Below the pieces are notes generated by a model that saw nothing but the letters and a program-made list of their open reading frames with translations, did no database searches and was not told where the DNA came from. Position numbers and translations under genes: made by a program. A DNA stretch of 64,000 nt from a bacterium. Lineage in GTDB: Bacteria > Zhuqueibacterota > Zhuqueibacteria > Residuimicrobiales > Krinioviventaceae. Below, piece after piece: positions 9,593 to 19,111 of the stretch (its first letter is position 1; each line of letters begins with the position of its first letter). The stretch is from contig OY843751.1 of assembly GCA_963693055.1 (NCBI GenBank), forward strand, positions 768,001-832,000. Direction: 5' to 3'.

Positions 9593-11071
9593 TTATAGTG
9601 GTTGTTCCAGGGCTGGTTTGACGGTCCATAATTGCATTTTGGTCATTTCTGCCAAATTGGTCATGTCCAGATCGGGACGGTGAACAATCCAGTGTTTAAA
9701 ATCCATAACTTCTTTAATGATTGCTTTTTCGTTTTCTACGGGATACGGATCAAAAGCAACAACCGGATATACCTGTTTGGGATTGTTTGTTAAAACATCG
9801 AGATACACTGTGCTGAACAATTGTAATAATGAACCTGTACCAATTATGCTGTTATCTGCTGTTAATGCTGCGGGCAAGGCGTTATATTCGTTAATATAAG
9901 CTGAAGCCTGACCGGCAAGCAATAATGCCTGCTCTAGAGAAATGTTCTCTATTGCCGGAGCTTCGATGGGCATCTGCAAGGGGCCAAAAACATCCTGACG
10001 CTGCATTGTCAGTGCGAGAGAATTGTTGATTTTGTACAAGCTGAGAGATTGGGCAAGCGCGGTAAATATTTCTGCTGGAGTAAAATAATCATTAATCACC
10101 ACCTCTTGTTTTGCCAATATCTCTTTGGCAATAGCGCTCAACTCGTCTTGAGTGATTTCCTGTTTTTGCCAGGAAAATTTTTGAATCAAATCCCGATAGG
10201 TGGCAAATTCTACGTAATCATGACTTTTTACATATTGCATTAACCGGCGAAAGTTTTCTTGCGCAGTTTTCATGGTTTCCCTGGGGCGTAGTTCCGGTGC
10301 TTTCCATTCACTGGCAGGGGGATTAGCACCTTCATAGAAATTAAAATCCCAGAATTGTTCACTGCGAACTTTGCAGGGATGGCAGGCAAAAAACGAAACA
10401 ACATCTTTGTTTTGAATGTCGTTATCAAAACGCTCTTTCAGGCTTGCCAATGCGGGTTCGAACAGTTCATCATTGTAATATGTGTTGTCAAACCCACCAT
10501 ACTCGCCGTGAAAATTGAGGGTATTACAGAACCAGGTTGCGTTTTTGTTTTCGAGATGAATAGGGGAATAGATATACGCTTTACCCATTTCACCCAACGC
10601 GCGAACCAATTGGGGGCCATAACTCCCTCCGTGGCGGGCCAATGCACTTACCGGAACGTTAAAGATCCGTTCAAGTTCATTAAACCCTATAGATTCGTTT
10701 TTGAGCATAGCCTCGTAACCGGTTTGCCAGTCAGCGTTTTCTAATATTTCTGTCACTGTTGGATGTATGGAACCCATATTGGTGTGGCTGCCAATATCGT
10801 GACTGGCCATAGCGGCAATTACGTCAGTGCGACCTCGTTTTTCAAATGATCTTGCTTTTTCACCAATTACAAAAAAAGTACCGGTTACACCTTCTTCTGT
10901 CATAATTTCTGCAAGCCATTTGGGGATATTGTCAATACCCTCGGATTCAGGGGTAATATAATCTTCAACATCAAATACAACAACGACATAGGTTTTGTCT
11001 TTGGCAAAAAGCAAAGTTGTTGTAAGGATTAAAAGGGCGATCAGGGATTGGATTTTCATGATTCTCTCCAT
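9593..11071 (-). CDS. Secreted NodB/CE4-like deacetylase-fold protein
   Basis: Signal peptide, FDVED, GTFFVIG and HDIGSHT..H motifs. Confidence 0.65.
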   Translation of the reverse strand: MERIMKIQSLIALLILTTTLLFAKDKTYVVVVFDVEDYITPESEGIDNIPKWLAEIMTEEGVTGTFFVIGEKARSFEKRGRTDVIAAMASHDIGSHTNMGSIHPTVTEILENADWQTGYEAMLKNESIGFNELERIFNVPVSALARHGGSYGPQLVRALGEMGKAYIYSPIHLENKNATWFCNTLNFHGEYGGFDNTYYNDELFEPALASLKERFDNDIQNKDVVSFFACHPCKVRSEQFWDFNFYEGANPPASEWKAPELRPRETMKTAQENFRRLMQYVKSHDYVEFATYRDLIQKFSWQKQEITQDELSAIAKEILAKQEVVINDYFTPAEIFTALAQSLSLYKINNSLALTMQRQDVFGPLQMPIEAPAIENISLEQALLLAGQASAYINEYNALPAALTADNSIIGTGSLLQLFSTVYLDVLTNNPKQVYPVVAFDPYPVENEKAIIKEVMDFKHWIVHRPDLDMTNLAEMTKMQLWTVKPALEQPL

Positions 11072-11168
11072 ATTGATCCATGTATTTATGGAAATTTTAC
11101 ATTGTCCAAATTTTGATTAAAGAAAAATAATTGCTTTTCAGTATAAAAGCAATTATTTTTTCTAGCGG

Positions 11169-11885
11169 TTAATGCTCAGTGGAGAAAAGGTACCCGGCGC
11201 TTCTTACGCTTTTGAATATTTGGGGAGATTTGGGATTGATTTCAAAATATTTTCGAAGGCGTGCCATGAAAATATCAACCGTTCGGGTTTCAACCGGTTT
11301 GTCAATCTGCCAGACATTTTCAAGCAATTCCTGCCTCGAGACTACGGTGTCTTTGTGCTCAATCATGTATTTTAACAACATGGCTTCGTGAGGAGTTAGC
11401 CGAAATTCATTCCTGGAAGATACACAAAGTAAATTGTTAAAATTGACTGTGTAATTACCAATGACAAGGGTTGGATTTTCATTGGCTGTGGATTTGTACC
11501 ATGCTTTGCGCCGCAGCATGCCTTTTACCCTGAGCAGCAATTCATCAAGATGAAAGGGCTTGGCAATGTAATCGTCAGCGCCGGTTTCAAGCCCTTTAAT
11601 CCGGTCTTTGATACCCGTACGGGCCGTAAGCATAAGGATAGGGATTTGTGGATCAGTTTGACGCATGTGTTCAGCTACTTCATAACCATTCAAATAGGGC
11701 AGCATAATGTCGAGTATTACCAGATCAAACGGTTCTTTATCAAATTTATCAATAGCTTGCCTGCCATCCGGTGCAATAGATACCTGATATCCCTCTTCGT
11801 TTAGATTAAACTCTAATCCTACAGCGAGGGACTCTTCATCCTCAACAATCAAGATGCGACTGCCATGAAAATCATGATCATTCAT
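11169..11885 (-). CDS. OmpR/PhoB-family response regulator
   Basis: ILIVEDE, LDIMLP, GADDYIAKPF receiver; winged helix RTVDIFMARLRK; start overlaps the kinase stop. Confidence 0.94.
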   Translation of the reverse strand: MNDHDFHGSRILIVEDEESLAVGLEFNLNEEGYQVSIAPDGRQAIDKFDKEPFDLVILDIMLPYLNGYEVAEHMRQTDPQIPILMLTARTGIKDRIKGLETGADDYIAKPFHLDELLLRVKGMLRRKAWYKSTANENPTLVIGNYTVNFNNLLCVSSRNEFRLTPHEAMLLKYMIEHKDTVVSRQELLENVWQIDKPVETRTVDIFMARLRKYFEINPKSPQIFKSVRSAGYLFSTEH

Positions 11886-12900
11886 TGATTTCTTCCTGTC
11901 TTTTTTTGCGTTTTTGGGCAAGCTTTAACAAGTTGTTGATATAACGTTGTTTTACTGCCTGGTATATAGGCAATTCTATTCGAAAAGTTGTTCCTTTTCC
12001 TATACCTTCACTTTGAACGGTTACTCTGCCGCCATGTGTTTTAATAATTTCTTTGACAAAATACAGTCCTAATCCGGTTCCCTTGACATTGGGTACTGAA
12101 CGGTTATAAACACGGTGGAATTTCTTGAAAATGTGTTTTTGTTCTTCCTGATCTATACCAATTCCATTATCAGTAAACTTTACAATAACGTGGTTTCTGA
12201 CAATTGACAGATCCATTGTTATTTGAGGGGAGGATTTGGAATATTTGATTGCATTGTCTACTAAATTGTCAATAACCATTCGCATAGTATTGGGATCAAT
12301 TACACAGGAATAAGGTGCGCTGCCTGTAATTGATACAGATTCTGCACCCAGTTTAAGTTGACTGGTGCTTTCTCTAAACAAGCGCTGAAGGGTTTCACCG
12401 GCATCTACCAATTGGTAATCAAAGGGGATCTTTTTTAATTCCATACCTGAAATTGAAAGAATGGATTCGATCAGGTTTTTTAAGCGTGCAGCGTCTCTGA
12501 TCATTATATTTACAAACTCTTTTTGTTTTTCAGGAGAAACGCTTCTGGTATTTAGCGTCTCCAGATAGAGTTGTATGGATGATAAAGGAGATTTAAGTTC
12601 GTGGGTCACATTGGCGATAAAATTGTCATACATGATGGTTATTTTTAACTGGCTGGTAAGATTTCTGAAAATTAATGCCATGGCAACGGACACAGTAATC
12701 ATGAGTACCAATCCACCTACCAATGCAACGACATTGGCACTTTTGGAAATAATCTGTATGGAATAATGTTCACCCACATATTCAGAAATCATATTGCTGG
12801 TTATATACCTATAAATCCACAAACCCACCATCACAAACCAGGCGACCTGGGCCAAAACAAAAATAAATATGGGGTAAAACAGGGTACGGCTTTTTTTCAT
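11878..12900 (-). CDS. Sensor histidine kinase (2 TM)
   Basis: NVTHELKSPL H-box, NLVDNAIKY, DNGIGI, GTGLGL. Confidence 0.94.
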   Translation of the reverse strand: MKKSRTLFYPIFIFVLAQVAWFVMVGLWIYRYITSNMISEYVGEHYSIQIISKSANVVALVGGLVLMITVSVAMALIFRNLTSQLKITIMYDNFIANVTHELKSPLSSIQLYLETLNTRSVSPEKQKEFVNIMIRDAARLKNLIESILSISGMELKKIPFDYQLVDAGETLQRLFRESTSQLKLGAESVSITGSAPYSCVIDPNTMRMVIDNLVDNAIKYSKSSPQITMDLSIVRNHVIVKFTDNGIGIDQEEQKHIFKKFHRVYNRSVPNVKGTGLGLYFVKEIIKTHGGRVTVQSEGIGKGTTFRIELPIYQAVKQRYINNLLKLAQKRKKRQEEINE

Positions 12901-12963
12901 GCGTTGAATCCGTTTTTTGTGTGCTATTTCAAAGTAAAGTTTTTTTATAAATTATAAAAGAGG

Positions 12964-12985
12964 TTTTACACTACTTTTACAGTAC
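12964..12985. promoter_or_regulatory. 11-bp direct repeat, candidate OmpR-family binding site
   Basis: TTTTACACTAC TTTTACAGTAC in the divergent intergenic region between the two-component genes and the radical SAM gene. Confidence 0.55.
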
Positions 12986-13035
12986 TCTTTTATTTTAATG
13001 TTTATATTGAAATGAATCAAGTGAAAGGGTATGGT

Positions 13036-14514
13036 ATGAAAATATTATTTGTTTATCCTGAGACACCCACAACTTTTTGGAGTTTCAGGCATGCCCTGCG
13101 GTTCATTTCTAAAAAATCAAGTGAACCGCCTTTGGGTTTGGTTACGGTTGCGTCATTGCTCCCAAAAGATTGGGAGAAAAAACTGATTGATATGAATGTG
13201 ACAGTCCTGAAAGATAAACATTTGCTTTGGGCAGATTATGTGTTTCTGACGGGGATGAATGTTCATCTGGAATCATTTAAAAAAGTGGTTAATCGATGCA
13301 ATATTTTAGGTGTTAAAGTTGTAGCCGGCGGTCCCATGTGCACAACGGATTATGAACAATTTCAGGGTATTGATCATTTTATTTTAAATGAAGCAGAAAT
13401 TACTTTGCCCATGTTTCTCAACGATCTTGAGCAGGGCACTCCCCAGGCAGTATATAAATCGGACGAGTTTCCGGATTTGAGTAAAACCCCGGTCCCTGAC
13501 TGGAGTTTGCTGGATATGAAAAAATATGCTTCGATGAGTGTGCAGTACTCTCGTGGCTGTCCATTTAACTGTGAATTTTGCAGTGTTACCATGTTAAATG
13601 GCCATAAACCTCGTACAAAATCAGTTTCTCAATTTATTGGCGAGCTTGATTCTTTGTATTCAGCAGGATGGCGGGGCGGTATTTTTATTGTTGATGATAA
13701 CTTTATTGGAAACAAGCACCGGGTAAAAACAGAATTGCTTCCTGCATTGATTGATTGGCAGGAAATACATAGTCAACCTTATGAGTTTTTGACCGAAGTC
13801 TCTATCAACCTTGCGGATGATGAGGAACTTGTAACATTACTGGTTAAAGCTGGTTTACGAACCGTTTTTATTGGTATTGAGACCCCCAATGAAGCCAGTT
13901 TGAACGAGTGTGGTAAAGGCCAAAATCTTAAACGAGACATTGTAGAATCGGTTAAAACCCTGCAGAGGCTTGGACTGGTTGTGCATGGCGGATTTATAGT
14001 CGGTTTTGATAATGACCCTCAAACTATCTTTGAAGATCAGATCAAATTTATACAGAATAGTGGTATTGCCACTGCAATGGTTGGGCTGTTAACAGCATTA
14101 TCTGGTACCAAATTATTCAAACGTTTAAAATCAGAAAATCGATTGTTAAACCTCTCTTCCGGCAATAATATGGATGGGTCCTTGAATTTTGTTCCGGCAA
14201 TGAATTATACTAAACTAGTCAAAGGGTATAAATCGCTTTTAGATACAATATATTCTCAAAAGGCATATTACGAACGGGTAAAAATTTTTTTAAATGAATA
14301 TCATTTGCCGGAGCGGCAAAAAATGAGAATCACTTTTTATGATATCCGTGCATTTTTCAGATCCATGATTGTATTGGGTATTTTGGAAAAGGGGAGAAGT
14401 TATTATTGGAGATTGCTTTTTTACACTATAGTAAAATATCCCCGAAAGTTATATTTAGCTGTAACTCTGTCAATATATGGTTTTCATTTTCGGAGAATTG
14501 TTAAAACGGTCTAG
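13036..14514 (+). CDS. B12-binding radical SAM protein (DUF4070 / HpnP-like architecture)
   Basis: PPLGL and VAGGP cobalamin-binding region, SRGCPFNCEFC CxxxCxxC motif, VDDNFIG, GFIVGFDND. Confidence 0.88.
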   Translation: MKILFVYPETPTTFWSFRHALRFISKKSSEPPLGLVTVASLLPKDWEKKLIDMNVTVLKDKHLLWADYVFLTGMNVHLESFKKVVNRCNILGVKVVAGGPMCTTDYEQFQGIDHFILNEAEITLPMFLNDLEQGTPQAVYKSDEFPDLSKTPVPDWSLLDMKKYASMSVQYSRGCPFNCEFCSVTMLNGHKPRTKSVSQFIGELDSLYSAGWRGGIFIVDDNFIGNKHRVKTELLPALIDWQEIHSQPYEFLTEVSINLADDEELVTLLVKAGLRTVFIGIETPNEASLNECGKGQNLKRDIVESVKTLQRLGLVVHGGFIVGFDNDPQTIFEDQIKFIQNSGIATAMVGLLTALSGTKLFKRLKSENRLLNLSSGNNMDGSLNFVPAMNYTKLVKGYKSLLDTIYSQKAYYERVKIFLNEYHLPERQKMRITFYDIRAFFRSMIVLGILEKGRSYYWRLLFYTIVKYPRKLYLAVTLSIYGFHFRRIVKTV

Positions 14515-14550
14515 TTTGACAGGTGAATAAGGAAAAGAAAGTAGGAAATT

Positions 14551-15693
14551 ATGATAATGAACCATTTCCCAGAAATGCAAATTGGCAATTTAAAATTAGA
14601 AACTCCAATAATTCAGGGTGGAATGGGAGTTGGTGTGTCGCTGGCGGGTTTAGCTGCAGCGGTTGCAAATGAAGGGGGAATAGGCGTAATAGCAACACCC
14701 GGTATTGGTTTGTTTGAAGCAGATTTGAGAAAAAATTATAAAAATGCCAATGCCCGTGCTTTAAAAAAAGAGATTTTAAAAGCCAAGAGCATGACACCCG
14801 GCGCAATTGGTGTTAATATAATGATTGCGTTAACAGATCATGAGACTTTGCTGCATGCGGCTCTTGATGCCGGTGCGGACGTGGTTTTTATGGGAGCGGG
14901 ATTGCCGTTAAAAGTCCCGCAGATGATAACACCTGAACGTTTACAGCTTGAATCTACCCGCATTGTTCCCATTATTTCTTCAGGGAGAGCGGCCCAGGCT
15001 ATATGTAAAGCATGGTCAAAACATGATTGTGTGCCTGATGCCTTTGTTGTAGAAGGGCCTATGGCTGGCGGACACCTGGGATTCAAGAAGGAACAACTTG
15101 ATGATCCGGATTTTCAACTTGAAAAGCTGGTTACAGAAACGCTTGACGCATTGAAACCCTTTGAAGAAAAAGCTGGTAAAAAAATACCGGTTATTGCTGC
15201 CGGAGGAGTTTTTACCGGTGCAGATATTAAACGTTTTCTCGATCTGGGCGCTGCCGGTGTGCAGATGGCAACACGATTTGTTGCTACACATGAATGCGAT
15301 GTAGATGACAGCTTTAAACAGGCTTATGTCAATGCTGGTAAAGAAGATGTGATGATTATTGACAGTCCGGTAGGCTTACCGGGCCGGGCAATTCGTAATC
15401 CGTTTTTAACCAAGGTTGAGGCAGGAGAGCATCCTTCATTCAAATGCCCCTGGAAATGTCTGCGGACCTGTGATTTTAGAACAGCGCCCTATTGCATTGC
15501 AGAAGCGTTAACCAATGCGAAAATGGGCAAGCTTGAAGACGGTTTTGCATTTGCCGGTGCAAATGCCTGGCGGGTTAACGAGATTGTTTCTGTTAAGGAA
15601 TTGGTTGAAACACTGGCAAAAGAGTATGTTGCGGCTTGTGATAAACAAACTCCCCAATCCGGTTTAAATTCAATCAGCGCAGATGCGGCTTGA
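14551..15693 (+). CDS. Nitronate monooxygenase/FabK-family FMN enzyme, FabX-like with Cys cluster
   Basis: IIQGGMGVGVS, VEGPMAGGHLG, GVQMATRF, CPWKCLRTC...YC. Confidence 0.85.
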   Translation: MIMNHFPEMQIGNLKLETPIIQGGMGVGVSLAGLAAAVANEGGIGVIATPGIGLFEADLRKNYKNANARALKKEILKAKSMTPGAIGVNIMIALTDHETLLHAALDAGADVVFMGAGLPLKVPQMITPERLQLESTRIVPIISSGRAAQAICKAWSKHDCVPDAFVVEGPMAGGHLGFKKEQLDDPDFQLEKLVTETLDALKPFEEKAGKKIPVIAAGGVFTGADIKRFLDLGAAGVQMATRFVATHECDVDDSFKQAYVNAGKEDVMIIDSPVGLPGRAIRNPFLTKVEAGEHPSFKCPWKCLRTCDFRTAPYCIAEALTNAKMGKLEDGFAFAGANAWRVNEIVSVKELVETLAKEYVAACDKQTPQSGLNSISADAA

Positions 15694-15706
15694 TGTATAT
15701 ATTAAT

Positions 15707-15737
15707 ACCCGGAATGTGTTAATTCCGGGTTTATTTT
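15707..15737 (+). terminator. Intrinsic terminator between convergent genes
   Basis: ACCCGGAAT/ATTCCGGGT stem then TTATTTT. Confidence 0.7.
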
Positions 15738-18238
15738 CCTTTGCTCATGGCTTCCTGAATTGCAGTGAGCAGACCTGACTGGTCAAAGGGCTTTCTTACC
15801 AGCCGGTAACCTTCTTCGGGAAGGTGACCGGTATCTAACATGTCATGACTGTAGCCACTGGCAAAGACAATGGGGAGGTGGGGGTGATTTATTCGAATAT
15901 GATCATGCACCATGCGTCCGCTTTTTTTCGGCATAACAACATCCAAAAGGACAAGATCTATAGCCTTTACATGTTTTTCAAATTTCTCAATTGCGTTTTC
16001 GCCGTCAATAGCAGTAATAATATTGTATCCTGCTTGTTCTAAAATGAGTTCGGCGAGTTCACGTACCTGCTCGTCATCTTCTGCTAATAGTATTGTTTCA
16101 CCGGTACCTTTTAATTCTTTGTATTGTTTTTGTTTTTCTGCTTCAATGGTACTGGTTTGATCTGAATTGGCCGGCAGATAGATTTTAAAAACAGTACCCA
16201 TACCTTCTTCGCTATAAAGATTAATAAATCCACCATGTCGTTTGGTTATTGCATACACGGTTGACAAGCCCAGCCCGGTACCTTCGCCAACCGCTTTGGT
16301 AGTAAAAAAGGGCTCAAAAATACGGTCTTTAATTTCTTTGGGAATGCCTTTACCGGTATCGCTCACATTTATTGCTACATAGTTCCCTTCCTGTGCTTCC
16401 GCATGGATTTGACAGTATTCTTTTGAAAGCAGAATGTTTTCAGTCTCTATAGTAAGCTTGCCTCCATCGGGCATTGCGTCTCTGGCATTTACACAAAGAT
16501 TGAGTATAATTTGCTCTACCTGTCCGGGATCAGCTTGTAATATTTGTAGATCAGCACCGGGATGAAAACTCAGATCTATATGTTCACCAATAATCCTGCG
16601 AATCATTTTTAACAGCCCGCTGGTAAGATCGTTCAGGTCGATTTGTTTCAACTGCAAGGTTTCACGTCTGCTAAAGGCTAGTAATTGGCGCACGAGTGCT
16701 GTTGCCCGTTCTGATGCTTTGGCTACATGGTCAAGGGTTTTTCTGGCAGGGTTATCTTCTCCCAAGATATCCTGGGTCATCTCTGTGTATCCGGCAATGA
16801 CCTGAAGCATATTGTTAAAATCATGCGCTACACCTCCGGCAAGTTGACCAATGGCTTCCATCTTTTGGGACTGGCGGATTTGCCCCTCTAGTTCCAATTC
16901 ACGAGTAATATCATGATTTACGCTGACAAAGTTGGTAATATTTCCATCTTCATCGCGAATTGGAGATATCTCTACCTCTTCTGTGTACAGTGTTCCGTCC
17001 TTTTTCTTGTTTATGACCTGAGATTTCCAGATTTTACCGGATAAAATTGTCTTCCATAATGCCTTGTAATATTCAGGATCATGTTCGCCACTTTTTAATA
17101 TTCTTGGGTTTTCGCCAATTGCCTCTTTGCGACTGTATCCGCTCAACCTTTCAAAAGCCGGATTTACATACTGCATGGTACCTTCAATATCCGTAATAAT
17201 TACAACTTCTGATGCTTGCTCAATCGCTCTGGCAAGACGAGTGTTCTCTTCAAGGGCTTTTTTCTGTGCTGATATGTCAACCAAGATTCCATCAACATAG
17301 TTCATTGTTGGGCCTTTAACCAGTGTAGCCCAGATTTTGCAATAAAGGGGAGTACCATCTTTTTTCTTTAATGCCAGGTCAAAATTGTCAACTTTGCTGT
17401 TCTCGAGTAATAATTTGTTAAATTCTTTAAACTTGAACGCGTCCAGATAAAAATTTGATAAAGGGTTTTTTGAAAATTCTTCAAAGGAACTAAAGCCAAA
17501 CATTTTAAAAGCAGCAGGATTAGCAAGTATCATTTTCCCATTTTCCTGATAGTGTCTACGATAAATGCCAACAGGAAGCTGGTTCAATAATGTGCGGTAT
17601 TTGTTTTCGCTTTCGATTAATGCCTTTTCTGAATTTTTTGTTTCTGTTATATCCCTTATAACACTGTGAATCTGATCAAGTTCTCCTAAATTGTTAGTGC
17701 TGGGTCTGCTTTCCAGTTCAATTATTAGAATATTACTATTATTGCTACGAATTTCCAGTTCTGTTGTAATATTATCAATATTGTTTTTCAGATTTTGGAT
17801 ATGTTGCTCAAGCAGTTTAATGGATCTTGAAGTGAGAAGGTCTGAAAAATGTCGTCCGATAACATCGTAACGGGTATATTCAAAACTATCAAGCCATGTT
17901 TGATTTATATCAATCAGCACTCCCGTGGAATCCATGCTTTGATAGGCAATAGGTGCTTTTTCAAAAAGATCCTGAAATCTTAATTCGCTGTATACAAGTT
18001 TTTGAGCATAGATATTAAGGCGTTTAAGCAATAACCCGGTAATTAATCCAATGATACCACCAACTGTTATTGGTATTAAATACCATTTGGGTTCTATGGG
18101 GATACTAAAAATTGTTCGTTGTATTGTGGCAACTGTTGCAAGTGTTGTCGAACCTATTAAAAAGGAAAATATACCCCGTTTTATCCAGGGGAGTAGTGGA
18201 TGTGATGATTTCGGGCTTTTGAGTGCATGTTGGTTCAT
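15731..18238 (-). CDS. Hybrid histidine kinase: 2 TM, 3 PAS, HisKA, HATPase, receiver
   Basis: QSQKMEAIGQLAGGVAHDFNN, NLCVNARDAM, FEPFFTTK, C-terminal ILLAEDD receiver; start 18238 after AAGGAG. Confidence 0.93.
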   Translation of the reverse strand: MNQHALKSPKSSHPLLPWIKRGIFSFLIGSTTLATVATIQRTIFSIPIEPKWYLIPITVGGIIGLITGLLLKRLNIYAQKLVYSELRFQDLFEKAPIAYQSMDSTGVLIDINQTWLDSFEYTRYDVIGRHFSDLLTSRSIKLLEQHIQNLKNNIDNITTELEIRSNNSNILIIELESRPSTNNLGELDQIHSVIRDITETKNSEKALIESENKYRTLLNQLPVGIYRRHYQENGKMILANPAAFKMFGFSSFEEFSKNPLSNFYLDAFKFKEFNKLLLENSKVDNFDLALKKKDGTPLYCKIWATLVKGPTMNYVDGILVDISAQKKALEENTRLARAIEQASEVVIITDIEGTMQYVNPAFERLSGYSRKEAIGENPRILKSGEHDPEYYKALWKTILSGKIWKSQVINKKKDGTLYTEEVEISPIRDEDGNITNFVSVNHDITRELELEGQIRQSQKMEAIGQLAGGVAHDFNNMLQVIAGYTEMTQDILGEDNPARKTLDHVAKASERATALVRQLLAFSRRETLQLKQIDLNDLTSGLLKMIRRIIGEHIDLSFHPGADLQILQADPGQVEQIILNLCVNARDAMPDGGKLTIETENILLSKEYCQIHAEAQEGNYVAINVSDTGKGIPKEIKDRIFEPFFTTKAVGEGTGLGLSTVYAITKRHGGFINLYSEEGMGTVFKIYLPANSDQTSTIEAEKQKQYKELKGTGETILLAEDDEQVRELAELILEQAGYNIITAIDGENAIEKFEKHVKAIDLVLLDVVMPKKSGRMVHDHIRINHPHLPIVFASGYSHDMLDTGHLPEEGYRLVRKPFDQSGLLTAIQEAMSKGK

Positions 18239-18424
18239 TGACTGTCTCCTTTTACAATAGAAATCTATTATGTCCATTTGGAGGCCAATAAATTATATAT
18301 AAGCAATTCCTAATATTGCAGGTAAGGACAAACCCTGATATTTTTTCCCATGGCCTTGTTATGTAATTATATGATTTTCTTTGATTGTGTGCAAGTTAAA
18401 TATTTGTTTTTTATAAAATATGCA

Positions 18425-18455
18425 ACCATGTCCGGCAATGAGAACCGAACATGGT
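18425..18455 (-). terminator. Hairpin ending the 103-aa gene
   Basis: Minus strand ACCATGTTCGG/CCGGACATGGT, 11 bp with one U-G pair, right after the stop; weak U-tract. Confidence 0.6.
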
Positions 18456-18462
18456 TTGCAAT

Positions 18463-18774
18463 TCAGGACGAAAATGCCTGATGTGCATCAATGCAACCGA
18501 GTTCAACTGCTTCCTGTAAAATATCAACATGTCCCAATCGTTTAAAATAGAGGGACGCATAATTGCGTTGTACCAGGCTGCCTTGAAATAAATAGTAGCG
18601 AATTCTTGCACGGCCTTCCTGCGAGTCAACCAGTCCCAGCGCGTAATCAAGAATTTTATAGCTGCCAATACCTTTGGCGTCGTTCAGATACTGCATCAAA
18701 ATGTCAATATTTTCTGCAGTGCCTGCTTTTGCTATTTGGCTGAGTTTGTCCATGGTTAACAGGTGGGTCGTCAT
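18463..18774 (-). CDS. Uncharacterised 103-aa helical protein downstream of tandem attenuators
   Basis: Strong RBS AAAGGGAGGT before ATG; protein-like composition; own 3' hairpin. Confidence 0.8.
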   Translation of the reverse strand: MTTHLLTMDKLSQIAKAGTAENIDILMQYLNDAKGIGSYKILDYALGLVDSQEGRARIRYYLFQGSLVQRNYASLYFKRLGHVDILQEAVELGCIDAHQAFSS

Positions 18775-18808
18775 TTTACCACCTCCCTTTCTTGAGTTAG
18801 TTTATATC

Positions 18809-18845
18809 AAAAAAAAAGCCCCGTTCTTTGCGTGAACGGGGCTTT
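18809..18845 (-). terminator. Attenuator terminator T2
   Basis: Minus strand GCCCCGTTC-7nt-GAACGGGGC followed by 9 T. Confidence 0.92.
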
Positions 18846-18867
18846 AATGAAAAGATAAAAGTGCCTT

Positions 18868-19032
18868 TTATGGCCCCGTTTTATTTAAAATATCGTCAGT
18901 GCAATCACAATCATCATTCATGGTATCTACAGCATCAAATACATTCGAGCAAACCGCGCGAGTTCCAATGCAGATGGATTTGTACATGTTGTCTATGATG
19001 TTTATGAAAATAGTTGATTTGTTGAATTGCAT
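18868..19032 (-). CDS. Leader peptide 2 (54 aa, Asp-rich): MQFNKSTIFINIIDNMYKSICIGTRAVCSNVFDAVDTMNDDCDCTDDILNKTGP
   Basis: Translated by hand; RBS AAGGA 6 nt before ATG; last codons contain AACGGGGC, complementary to the T2 5' arm. Confidence 0.75.
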   Translation of the reverse strand: MQFNKSTIFINIIDNMYKSICIGTRAVCSNVFDAVDTMNDDCDCTDDILNKTGP

Positions 19033-19054
19033 GATTTTTCCTTGTATATAAATG

Positions 19055-19090
19055 AAAAAAGCCCCGCTCCTGATTGGGAACGAGGCTTTT
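19055..19090 (-). terminator. Attenuator terminator T1
   Basis: Minus strand GCCTCGTTCC-6nt-GGAGCGGGGC then TTTTTT; two G-U pairs form only on the minus strand, fixing the orientation. Confidence 0.9.
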
Positions 19091-19111
19091 AAAAATTTAT
19101 TTGTAAATTTT

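Noticed and set aside
18320-18360. GGACAAACC resembling a c-di-GMP-I riboswitch
   Set aside because: GAAA tetraloop, GCAAAG junction and second stem are missing.
18809-19090. Similar GCCCCG hairpins as a CRISPR or REP array
   Set aside because: Only two copies, with U-tracts and unequal loops, and no cas genes; they are terminators.
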